Positions 45,726 to 53,900 of a stretch of 64,000 nucleotides of DNA are shown here, in pieces; the stretch's first letter is position 1, and each line of letters starts with the position of its first letter. Source of the DNA: a virus. The notes under the pieces were generated by a model. It made no database searches, had not been told where the DNA came from, and was given only the letters and a program-made list of their open reading frames with translations. Both the position numbers and the translations under genes were made by a program. The stretch is from IMG/VR virus record IMGVR_UViG_3300028558_000016, positions 278,014-342,013 of that record; one strand, 5' to 3'.

Positions 45726-46432
45726 AAAAGAAATTAGTGGTGTTTAGCGGTGCAGGAGTTTCTGCTGAGAGCGGAATTCCTACATTCAGAGATTCAAATG
45801 GTCTTTGGGAAAACCATAAGATGGAAGATGTTGCTACTCCAGAAGGATGGGAGAAAAACAGAGAGCTTGTTCTCAACTTCTACAATCTTATGAGAACGAA
45901 ACTCAAAGCAGTTGTTCCGAATAAAGCTCACAATATAATTGCAGAGCTTGAAGAACATTTTGAAGTTACAGTCATCACACAAAACATAGATGACTTGCAT
46001 GAGAGAAGCGGCTCAAAGAAGGTCATACATCTTCATGGAGAATTAATGAAGAGCAGAAGCACATTTAATCCAAATCTAAAATACGAGTGTACTGGAAATA
46101 TAAACATAGGTGACAAATGTGAGAAAGGTTCTCAATTGAGGCCTGACATAGTTTGGTTTCATGAAAATGTTTATCACCTTGACACTGCGGCTGAATTGGT
46201 AGAACAGTGCGATATTCTTCTTGTTGTTGGAACTTCATTAAATGTTTGGCCTGCAGCAGGATTGTTATATGTGACGAAACCGGAAACTGAAATATATTGC
46301 ATTGATCCAAAAACAGTTGTTGGAAGTGATATTCAAGTTACTCACATAAAGAAGAAAGCGAGTGAAGGGATGGAGAAATTTAAAAAGATTATTCTCGAGA
46401 AAAAAGATAAGAAAGAAAATTGCTGTTTATAA
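45722..46432 (+). CDS. Sir2-family NAD-dependent protein deacylase / ADP-ribosyltransferase (sirtuin, CobB-like)
   Basis: FSGAGVSAESGIPTFR, TQNIDDLHERSG, catalytic His in IHLHGEL, and VVGTS are canonical sirtuin motifs. Confidence 0.8.
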   Translation: MKKKLVVFSGAGVSAESGIPTFRDSNGLWENHKMEDVATPEGWEKNRELVLNFYNLMRTKLKAVVPNKAHNIIAELEEHFEVTVITQNIDDLHERSGSKKVIHLHGELMKSRSTFNPNLKYECTGNINIGDKCEKGSQLRPDIVWFHENVYHLDTAAELVEQCDILLVVGTSLNVWPAAGLLYVTKPETEIYCIDPKTVVGSDIQVTHIKKKASEGMEKFKKIILEKKDKKENCCL

Positions 46433-46436
46433 TAAT

Positions 46437-46518
46437 GCCCAGGTGTTGGAATTGGTAGACAAGCACGGTTGAGGGCCGTGTGCAGTAATGCGTAGGGGTT
46501 CGAGTCCCCTTCTGGGTA
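46437..46518 (+). tRNA. tRNA-Leu (anticodon GAG), class II
   Basis: GCCCAGG acceptor, anticodon stem CACGG/CCGTG with loop TTGAGGG, long variable arm; the next ORF starts 2 nt after its 3' end. Confidence 0.75.
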
Positions 46519-46519
46519 C

Positions 46520-46732
46520 ATGGAATTAATAGGAAAAAAATTCACAAGAAAAGATAGAACCTTCGTAGAAGATTTGCTCAAGAGCACAACAGTGTACACC
46601 ATAGAAGAATCAAAAAAGAAAGGTGTTTTAGTTGTTAGATGGGATAAGGACGGAGAGTCGGCTCATACAACATGCTCAATAAAAGAAGCTGAAAAAAACG
46701 TGAAGAAGGGAAAATGGGTTTTACAGCCATGA
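46520..46732 (+). CDS. Hypothetical protein
   Basis: ORF immediately after the tRNA. Confidence 0.35.
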   Translation: MELIGKKFTRKDRTFVEDLLKSTTVYTIEESKKKGVLVVRWDKDGESAHTTCSIKEAEKNVKKGKWVLQP

Positions 46733-46911
46733 TTTCGATGGAACCTAAAAATATCTATATTAAGGATAAGAAAGATTTCAGGAGAGTTGAACACCTTCTT
46801 AATGGAAGAGTGTTCTGGAGAGAGAAGAAAGATGACATTAGTAAAGTAGAAATAAAAATAGCATTTCCAAGTAAATACACGAGAAATATTGTTAAATCTT
46901 TAAAAGACTAA
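46714..46911 (+). CDS. Hypothetical protein
   Basis: ORF with overlap. Confidence 0.35.
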   Translation: MGFTAMISMEPKNIYIKDKKDFRRVEHLLNGRVFWREKKDDISKVEIKIAFPSKYTRNIVKSLKD

Positions 46912-46912
46912 A

Positions 46913-47368
46913 ATGGCAAAGATCAGCGAGGAAGATAAAATAGAATTAGAAGAATACACAAGGCTTAGAGATTTTCATCTCTCTGAATATAAAAGATACA
47001 AAGGTTTATTGGAAAATAAAAGGACAAGCACGAAGGTTGTCTATAATCCAACCACCGATGCAGCAAAAGTTTATTGGAAAGAAAAGAAAAAGATGGACTG
47101 TGATGCAGTCTATTCGATCTTGATTAATAAGAAGGAAGAAATAGGAACCGGAGAGCTCTGTGATGTTTTAAACACAAAAATGGAATACATCAACAACAAA
47201 TATGATTCCATGACTTTCGCTGGAATTCTTGGTAAGCATTTAAAGGAGGATGATAGGATATATTGTTATATGGGGCAAGTTAATGGAAGAAGATCCACTA
47301 TATGGGGATTGAATGAATGGAAGAAAACAAATCCATCTGTGATATTAAAATTCAAAAAACCAAAATGA
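46913..47368 (+). CDS. Hypothetical protein
   Basis: ORF; no motif recognised. Confidence 0.4.
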   Translation: MAKISEEDKIELEEYTRLRDFHLSEYKRYKGLLENKRTSTKVVYNPTTDAAKVYWKEKKKMDCDAVYSILINKKEEIGTGELCDVLNTKMEYINNKYDSMTFAGILGKHLKEDDRIYCYMGQVNGRRSTIWGLNEWKKTNPSVILKFKKPK

Positions 47369-47384
47369 CCATGATATATAAATC

Positions 47385-47765
47385 ATGGATTATATTTTCA
47401 CAATAACAGAAACTGACGAAGATAACGTAGATTCTTCATTCGCAGCTCTTCATGGAAGACTTGAACACTGGTTCAACCTCACTCAGAAAACCTATACAAC
47501 TTACAGAATAGCAGATAATGTTCCAACTGTAACAACCGTTCTCGTATGGGAAGAAAACATCGCAAAGATTTACTACTATAAAAACCTTGAGATAAACAGA
47601 CTTGAGCGACAGCTTCTGTTAGAAAAAACAAGGATGCATGAGATAAATTATTTTAAGGCTTACATGAGAATAGGTGCTGATGAAACCAATGCCACGATAG
47701 AGGCACAAATGGCACAGACCAACGCTGATCTAACATATCTGAAAAATTACAATCCTAATTTATGA
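47385..47765 (+). CDS. Hypothetical protein
   Basis: ORF; no motif recognised. Confidence 0.4.
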   Translation: MDYIFTITETDEDNVDSSFAALHGRLEHWFNLTQKTYTTYRIADNVPTVTTVLVWEENIAKIYYYKNLEINRLERQLLLEKTRMHEINYFKAYMRIGADETNATIEAQMAQTNADLTYLKNYNPNL

Positions 47766-47920
47766 CGCACGACGAAGATTGCCCTAATTGTGGTGAGCTT
47801 GTTGAAGTAGAGATTTGGGAAGAGGGAGAATGCCCGAGATGTTCTTCCCGCTATTGGTGGGAAGAAATATTTGATGAAGATGATTACGAGACAACAGATC
47901 CTATTTTAGTTTGGGAATAA
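47762..47920 (+). CDS. Small zinc-ribbon protein (52 aa)
   Basis: MTHDEDCPNCGELV...ECPRCSS; ATGA overlap with the upstream gene; not in the ORF track (under 60 aa). Confidence 0.4.
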   Translation: MTHDEDCPNCGELVEVEIWEEGECPRCSSRYWWEEIFDEDDYETTDPILVWE

Positions 47921-47965
47921 TATTGATTTTTTTTACTATATTAGCTAATAATCAACTGAAAACCC

Positions 47966-48448
47966 ATGGAGCGTAATTACGTGTTATTCATATTCAATAA
48001 TTCTAAGGATGAATTCCTTAAGGAACCAAAAGAACTTAAAATACTACAGCAAGTAACGGTAGGAGATATTAGAGGAGCAAGCTGTGGTCCAATCAACATG
48101 TGTTTCTTTCCAAGTGAACACAGCAAAGAAGAAATTTCCGATTTGTTAGTAAAAGATGGAATTCATTTTCTTCTTGTGGATGATCAAGATTCTGAACATT
48201 CATACCCAAAACACATTCGTAGCATGTTATCCGGAAAAATGGATCACACCGCTGTCAGAAAGATAGAAATAGGTGGTGGAATGGAAATTACTGAACCAAA
48301 GAAATTATCATTGGAAGATCAACTCAAAGAAGCTTTAAAAGAAGACGATTTTGAGTTGGCCGCAGTATTACGTGACAAAATAGCCAAAGCAAAATCCCCA
48401 GAACCTAAGACAGGAAAGGGCTCAACCCTAAGGCAACTTTTTGATTAA
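47966..48448 (+). CDS. Hypothetical protein with C-terminal UVR-like motif
   Basis: LSLEDQLKEALKEDDFELAAVLRDKIAKAK; paralogous to the C-terminus of ORF 32785. Confidence 0.4.
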   Translation: MERNYVLFIFNNSKDEFLKEPKELKILQQVTVGDIRGASCGPINMCFFPSEHSKEEISDLLVKDGIHFLLVDDQDSEHSYPKHIRSMLSGKMDHTAVRKIEIGGGMEITEPKKLSLEDQLKEALKEDDFELAAVLRDKIAKAKSPEPKTGKGSTLRQLFD

Positions 48449-48481
48449 AATCTTTTTAATTTTAATTGATTTTTAGTATAT

Positions 48482-49225
48482 TTGTTCTCTGTGATAGAGA
48501 TAAAATGTATATTAAAATACGATCCTGTTCCATTATCTGGAAAAGCAGAAACCATGTGCAAACCTTGGTGGATGATCGCAACATGCGAAGGAGATCTCAC
48601 TGAATATTATGCATGGCTTCTTAAAAAACGAACAGGATTAATTCTCCAACGCCCTGCATGGGGCGCACATATCTCAGTCATAAGAGGAGAAGAACCACCC
48701 AACAAAGAATTATGGAAAAAATACCAGGACAAAGAAGTCACTTTGCTCTATGATCCAAACGTCAGAACAAATGGAGATCATTGGTGGATGAGAGTCCATT
48801 GCAACGAACTTCTTGACATAAGAGAAGAATTAGGTCTTCCAAGATTTGGAGCATTAACTTTACACCTCACGTTAGGAAGACCAATCCCAAGACACGAAGA
48901 AGCATCAGATTATTTCCATACAGTTTTTAAATCATTCGCTCCATCGGCGCCAATAAGACCATACATGACACAAGAAGAAGCTTTAAAGAATTTGTCTTTG
49001 CCTCCAATGGAAGTAAAGCATAAAGAATTAAAAACACCTGAACATTCAGACTCTATGTTCAGAAAGGAATGTCCAAACTGTGAGACTGGATTATTGATGA
49101 TGAAAAGAAATCAGTCAACGCTCGCTCTTGAAAAAGATGATAATTGCACTTATTGTGGAAGACGATTCACTTACACTGACATAAAAGAAAACTCAGTAAT
49201 ATTAGAATATAATGAAAAAGCTTGA
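48482..49225 (+). CDS. 2H-superfamily phosphoesterase (LigT/CPDase-like) with C-terminal zinc ribbon
   Basis: Two H-x-(S/T) motifs (AHISVIRG and LHLTLGRP) plus C-terminal CPNC...CTYCG. Confidence 0.5.
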   Translation: MFSVIEIKCILKYDPVPLSGKAETMCKPWWMIATCEGDLTEYYAWLLKKRTGLILQRPAWGAHISVIRGEEPPNKELWKKYQDKEVTLLYDPNVRTNGDHWWMRVHCNELLDIREELGLPRFGALTLHLTLGRPIPRHEEASDYFHTVFKSFAPSAPIRPYMTQEEALKNLSLPPMEVKHKELKTPEHSDSMFRKECPNCETGLLMMKRNQSTLALEKDDNCTYCGRRFTYTDIKENSVILEYNEKA

Positions 49226-49586
49226 AACAAAAGATATAGAAAAAAATGGTGTAGCAGTGGAAAATTACGAAGGGGTATTATCTTACATCTGTGAAGACGT
49301 TAATCGTAGTATAAGACTTACTACTTTCCTCAAAGACGAACTATCATCCATTTTTGGTACACACAACACAAAATACAAAGGTGACGAGTATAATTTTCAC
49401 GTATGGATAATTGAGTTCGAACAAGAAATATTTCAGATTTTCACAGCTAATGGTAAAGGAACTTGTTTCTCTATTGTGGATCCAACATTCTCGTTCGATG
49501 ATGATGGACAACCGGACGGTAAATCTGACGTATGTTTAAGATTCCTAAAAGACATGGACATGAAACTTCAAAAGCTAATAAAATGA
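49212..49586 (+). CDS. Hypothetical protein
   Basis: ORF; no motif recognised. Confidence 0.4.
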   Translation: MKKLETKDIEKNGVAVENYEGVLSYICEDVNRSIRLTTFLKDELSSIFGTHNTKYKGDEYNFHVWIIEFEQEIFQIFTANGKGTCFSIVDPTFSFDDDGQPDGKSDVCLRFLKDMDMKLQKLIK

Positions 49587-49587
49587 A

Positions 49588-50535
49588 ATGAAAGAAATAA
49601 TATTACCGGTAGGACTTCCTGCAGCAGGAAAATCCACAATAGTAAATGATTACGTCAGCCAGGGGTTTGCTAAACTTTCGAGAGATGAAATTGGAGGAGG
49701 TCTTGAAGTAGACGGAAAAGTAAATACAAAACTCAAGGATTGGATCCGAATGGGCAAGGAACAAATAATAATGGATGCTACTTACATGACTAAGGAAGTT
49801 AGGAAGCATGTTATAGACATTGCGAAGAAGAATGGATATAAAGTAACATGCGTTCACATTGCAACATCAATAGAAGATTCTCAATTTAATGCAGTTTCGA
49901 GAATGATCAACAGGCATGGAAAACTATTTCAACACGCAGACGATTATACCAAGGCAAAAGATCCTAACATGTTTCCAGTTGCTGCCTTATACAAAGCGAA
50001 TAAAATAATCGAAAAGCCAACCATGTCAGAAGGATTCGACGAGGTTAAAATAGTTCCTTTCAAAAGGAAATTAAACGGCTACACAAACAAAGCAATATTA
50101 TTTGATTATGATGGAACACTAAGACAGACTAAAAATGCCGATTCATTATATCCAACAGATCCAAGCGACATTGAAATTCTTCCTGGGAGAACTGAAAAGA
50201 TCAATGAATTGAAAAAAGAAGGTTACATCATACTCGGTGTTTCAAATCAAAGTGGTGTTGCTAAAGGAGTATTGACTTACGAAATGGCCGATAAGTGTTT
50301 CAAGAAAACAAATGAGCTTTTAGGTGTTGACATCGATTACAGATTTTGTTCTCACAAGGTTCCACCTATCACATGTTATTGCAGAAAACCAGGAGTTGGA
50401 TTTGGGGTTGAGTTCATCGAGAAATATAAATTGGATCCATCACAATGTATCATGGTTGGAGATATGAAATCCGATGAGACCTTCGCAAAGAGATGTGGTT
50501 TTAAATTTGTTCACGTAGATAAATTCTTTAAATGA
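49588..50535 (+). CDS. pnk: Polynucleotide 5'-kinase / 3'-phosphatase (T4 Pnk-like)
   Basis: N-terminal P-loop VGLPAAGKST and C-terminal HAD motif ILFDYDGTL (DxDGT); same domain order as T4 Pnk. Confidence 0.7.
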   Translation: MKEIILPVGLPAAGKSTIVNDYVSQGFAKLSRDEIGGGLEVDGKVNTKLKDWIRMGKEQIIMDATYMTKEVRKHVIDIAKKNGYKVTCVHIATSIEDSQFNAVSRMINRHGKLFQHADDYTKAKDPNMFPVAALYKANKIIEKPTMSEGFDEVKIVPFKRKLNGYTNKAILFDYDGTLRQTKNADSLYPTDPSDIEILPGRTEKINELKKEGYIILGVSNQSGVAKGVLTYEMADKCFKKTNELLGVDIDYRFCSHKVPPITCYCRKPGVGFGVEFIEKYKLDPSQCIMVGDMKSDETFAKRCGFKFVHVDKFFK

Positions 50536-50687
50536 AGAAGAGCGATGAAGAAAAAATCAAAGACTTAAACTATGCTATAAAAGTATTTGAGAAAGCTTTA
50601 AAGGATGGAGGTTCTCCTGAAGCAGTTGAATGGGGAAAAAAATATCTCGAAAAGTTAAAGAAGAAAAAATTAAAACTAAAAAAATAA
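50532..50687 (+). CDS. Small Lys-rich protein (51 aa)
   Basis: ATGA overlap with the pnk stop; not in the track (under 60 aa). Confidence 0.25.
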   Translation: MKKSDEEKIKDLNYAIKVFEKALKDGGSPEAVEWGKKYLEKLKKKKLKLKK

Positions 50688-50693
50688 ATTATT

Positions 50694-51044
50694 ATGACAG
50701 AAGTTTTAGACAAATACGTGAAGTTCCTATGGGAACGTTTCATGGCAGACATGGATGTGCTAACGAATGTTTGGATGTACATTCCGCTTTTAATACCATT
50801 CATCTTCTACATGATATTCTTTGTCATCAAATGGTGGATCCTTCTTTTTCCAATAACCCTGCCTATAAGCATATTGAAAGGATTCTTCAGTGTAAAAATA
50901 AGAAATCAAAATGGAGTTTCCACTAAAAGTGAAATATTAAAAGAGATGAGCGATGACCTTGAAGATGTGGGTGTTCACCCAGACAAAAGTTACAAGGTCA
51001 TCATGGAATGGAAGAAGAAATTCAGGATAGCTCGAAAAGATTAA
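50694..51044 (+). CDS. Membrane protein
   Basis: Two long hydrophobic helices; preferred over the overlapping ORF 50630..50926. Confidence 0.4.
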   Translation: MTEVLDKYVKFLWERFMADMDVLTNVWMYIPLLIPFIFYMIFFVIKWWILLFPITLPISILKGFFSVKIRNQNGVSTKSEILKEMSDDLEDVGVHPDKSYKVIMEWKKKFRIARKD

Positions 51045-51523
51045 AGCTTCTTTGTTATGACATGGTCTTCTATGTCCTCAAAGTTATCGTTGAACTTAAT
51101 TCTTTTCTTCTTAAGATATTCCTTGACAGATCCTATTCGTGTAAATCCCTCTCGGTAATAAAAACTGAGAGGTTTTCCTTCTTTATTTACGTATGAATTT
51201 ATTTTCTTGCATCCGGCTTCCTTAGCAATCGAACACAGAAATTTCATAACTTCTTTTCCTTCTCCTTTATTTCTGTGTTGTGGAAGAATACCGAGCCAAC
51301 CGAGCCAAAGCTCTTTTGTGTCAAAATCGAGAGAATATAAACCACATACTCCTATGGTTTCTTTCTTATCATTCTTGATCAACCAAACCTCCCAAAATTT
51401 TCCATCATCCACACATTTGCACCACATCTTCATAGTTTCTTTGAAGGACTCTCCAAAGTCAGCCATAAGTCCTGTAGTCAAACATTTGTACTGTCTGATA
51501 TTTCTTGACTGAATAAATTTCAT
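51041..51523 (-). CDS. GNAT-family N-acetyltransferase
   Basis: WLGWLGILPQHRNKGEGKEVM is the Q/RxxGxG/A acetyl-CoA motif. Confidence 0.6.
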   Translation of the reverse strand: MKFIQSRNIRQYKCLTTGLMADFGESFKETMKMWCKCVDDGKFWEVWLIKNDKKETIGVCGLYSLDFDTKELWLGWLGILPQHRNKGEGKEVMKFLCSIAKEAGCKKINSYVNKEGKPLSFYYREGFTRIGSVKEYLKKKRIKFNDNFEDIEDHVITKKL

Positions 51524-51525
51524 TG

Positions 51526-52266
51526 TTAACTTTGTTTAAAGTACCTAAATAGATGCGCAGACATAACATAGGTAATAGCAAGTCCGATTCCGATAATGGT
51601 GAAAGACTTATCTATTCCTGCGTCGCCATTAACAAATATATTAAAATCGTACAAACCGTGATAAAAAGTTGCCGCACAAATACCAGCAAAAGTATGACAC
51701 ATCATCCTGAAACGTGGGTGAATTGATGATAGCATGTTCTTAGGCGAATCGTTGTCAATTCTGCCGAGGGCTACGAAGTATCCGAGCATCAAACCACAAA
51801 TCATGTGAACTAAGACTGAACTGAAAGATCTGATAAGAAGAACATCGCCCCCATAGATCTGGGCGTAAAGAATATTTTCAGAAACAGCAAAACCACAAGA
51901 AATAGACATCGCATAAAACATTATTGATGAAGGGTGATCAACCATCTTTTTGTTTCTGTACCAATCAGTGAGTTTGAACATCGAGAATTTGCTCATCTCT
52001 TCAAGAGCACCAACCTTGACGAATGCCGTCGCAAAAAGCGCAATCATCATGTTCTTGCTCATTGGTTCATCCCAATTTGGGAACATGTAGTGAACTGCAT
52101 TTACGAGTATCGTTGATAGAACTCCCATGCAAAAATAAAGTGATGCGGTTCTCCATCTAATTGTAAATGGTGGTGCTGTGATGTAAACTATTATAGAGTA
52201 AATCAAAGCTGGAAGGAACGTGAAAATAAATGAGATCACGTTGTTGTCGTCAAACATTGAATGCAT
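51526..52266 (-). CDS. PrsW-like intramembrane metalloprotease
   Basis: ALEEMSKF (EExxK), GFAVSENILY (FxxxEN) and HGLYDFN (HxxxD/N) lie on predicted TM helices. Confidence 0.5.
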   Translation of the reverse strand: MHSMFDDNNVISFIFTFLPALIYSIIVYITAPPFTIRWRTASLYFCMGVLSTILVNAVHYMFPNWDEPMSKNMMIALFATAFVKVGALEEMSKFSMFKLTDWYRNKKMVDHPSSIMFYAMSISCGFAVSENILYAQIYGGDVLLIRSFSSVLVHMICGLMLGYFVALGRIDNDSPKNMLSSIHPRFRMMCHTFAGICAATFYHGLYDFNIFVNGDAGIDKSFTIIGIGLAITYVMSAHLFRYFKQS

Positions 52267-52339
52267 GGAAAATAAACCTTTATTTTATATATTCAAAATG
52301 ATTTTATTGATTATATGTATTATTTCCAAGACGTTGTAA

Positions 52340-52360
52340 CTTATTGATAATCAATAGATT
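52340..52360. promoter_or_regulatory. Palindromic operator-like site TTGATAATCAA
   Basis: tgtaacttattgataatcaatagatt shares 22 nt with the site at 22674. Confidence 0.5.
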
Positions 52361-52390
52361 GCTTCGATCATTTTCCATCTATAATTTTAA

Positions 52391-52409
52391 CCTATTGATA
52401 ATCAAGCAG
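52391..52409. promoter_or_regulatory. Palindromic operator-like site TTGATAATCAA
   Basis: cctattgataatcaagcag is the inverted copy of the site at 25243. Confidence 0.5.
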
Positions 52410-52461
52410 TTACAAAATTGTTATTAAATATTGATGAAATTATTTTTCCATGTCACAAATA

Positions 52462-52475
52462 GTTAGTAAATTTAC
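52462..52475 (+). promoter_or_regulatory. Promoter, gTTAGTAaATTTAC class
   Basis: Motif copy 45 nt upstream of ATG 52520. Confidence 0.5.
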
Positions 52476-52519
52476 TATATCAAATTAATCATTTAATTAT
52501 AAACTCTAAAAACAAAAAA

Positions 52520-53167
52520 ATGTCAACAACTAAAAAACCAGGAGCCGGATTATTAGGCTTAGCGAAAAAAACAGTAAAAACAACTGCTGCTAAAAAAGAC
52601 AACAAAGAAGTAATTACAGTTTCGGATAAAACCGTTTCTGATGCAATTGACACTTATATTAAAAACAAAAAGATCGCCGACGAAGCTGCCGCTGCAATGG
52701 CTGCCGCTTCTGAAATCGTGAAAAGCGAAGGTGGTAAAAAAATCTTCATCGAAGAAATGGAGAAAACCGGTCGCTCAAAAGAATCATTCATTCTTGCCAG
52801 CCAAAATGGAAACAGCTTAATGTATGTTGTTACCGACGCTTACAAACGCGCAAACTTGGATGAAGAACGTGTTGAGTACTTACGCAAAATGTTTGGCGAA
52901 GAAATCATCACAGACAAAAACGAATTCATCGTTAATCCTGAATTAATCGATGAGCATGGTGAAACACTTTGCGAATTAATTAAAAATTGTCCTAAGTTTA
53001 CCGATGAGGTTAAAGAAAGCCTTATCCAATTGAAACAATCGTTCACAATTGCAAAAGGAACTAAAGATAAAATGCGCGACATCGCAAAAGCTTCCAATAC
53101 AACTGTTGAAACAGTGTTTGAAGAAGTTCAACCAACATGTCAAGTGAAAGTTCGCGGTTCAAAATAA
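52520..53167 (+). CDS. Hypothetical protein with basic Lys/Ala-rich N-terminus
   Basis: ORF; N-terminal KKPGAGLLGLAKKTVKTTAAKK. Confidence 0.45.
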   Translation: MSTTKKPGAGLLGLAKKTVKTTAAKKDNKEVITVSDKTVSDAIDTYIKNKKIADEAAAAMAAASEIVKSEGGKKIFIEEMEKTGRSKESFILASQNGNSLMYVVTDAYKRANLDEERVEYLRKMFGEEIITDKNEFIVNPELIDEHGETLCELIKNCPKFTDEVKESLIQLKQSFTIAKGTKDKMRDIAKASNTTVETVFEEVQPTCQVKVRGSK

Positions 53168-53751
53168 TCCGCGGAATTTCCAAAATCAAGGGAAGGTTCG
53201 CCATGGACCTTCCCTTTTTTTATTTCACAAAACTAAAAATGATAAAAATGAATAACGAAATTGAAAAAGAAGCAACAAAAGAAGCACTCATTGATGGATT
53301 ATACAATGCATGTGAGGATGTTTGCAAGACACTCACCATTGATGAAATCATGGAAACCATAGAGGAATCCAAAAAAAGAATTAAAGATCACCTGCTGTTA
53401 CTCCCATATAGCAAGAAGGAACAAACTCCATATCTTGATTGGGCTTTTGAGGATTTTGGTTACAGAGGAGGAATTACCGCTGAGGTTATTGACAAGCTTG
53501 CTCCGCACACAATTATCGCAAAAGGAGAAATTGAAAATTCCGAAAAAGGATTATTCATGGTAAATTCCAATATTGGAAAAAAATTATTGTGGGTGGCGAA
53601 AAAAGGTGGTGGAGATGATTGGGCCATTTACACTTTTTGGGCAGAAAAAGGTATTGATTATGTTCTGAAACATGGGGATAAAGTTAGCAAATACAATGTG
53701 CACAAACTTGTTCCTGTCGATGACGAAGCATTGAAAATGTATAGAAGTTAA
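53137..53751 (+). CDS. Hypothetical protein
   Basis: ORF overlapping the upstream gene end. Confidence 0.4.
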   Translation: MSSESSRFKIIRGISKIKGRFAMDLPFFYFTKLKMIKMNNEIEKEATKEALIDGLYNACEDVCKTLTIDEIMETIEESKKRIKDHLLLLPYSKKEQTPYLDWAFEDFGYRGGITAEVIDKLAPHTIIAKGEIENSEKGLFMVNSNIGKKLLWVAKKGGGDDWAIYTFWAEKGIDYVLKHGDKVSKYNVHKLVPVDDEALKMYRS

Positions 53752-53826
53752 ATCCGTAGTATGGTGCGTGGGGGAAAGCCCCCGACTCGTGTTATCATTT
53801 TCACGGTTTGAAACATACGGATAGTA

Positions 53827-53856
53827 AAACGGCCTCAATGAGGCCGTTTTTATTTT
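53827..53856 (+). terminator. Rho-independent terminator
   Basis: ACGGCCTCaatGAGGCCGTttttatttt. Confidence 0.7.
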
Positions 53857-53869
53857 ACATGAAAAGTTA
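53856..53869 (+). promoter_or_regulatory. Promoter, gTTAGTAcATTTAC class
   Basis: Motif copy 32 nt upstream of ATG 53901, directly after the terminator. Confidence 0.5.
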
Positions 53870-53900
53870 GTACATTTACCTGAAATCAAAAGATAACAAA

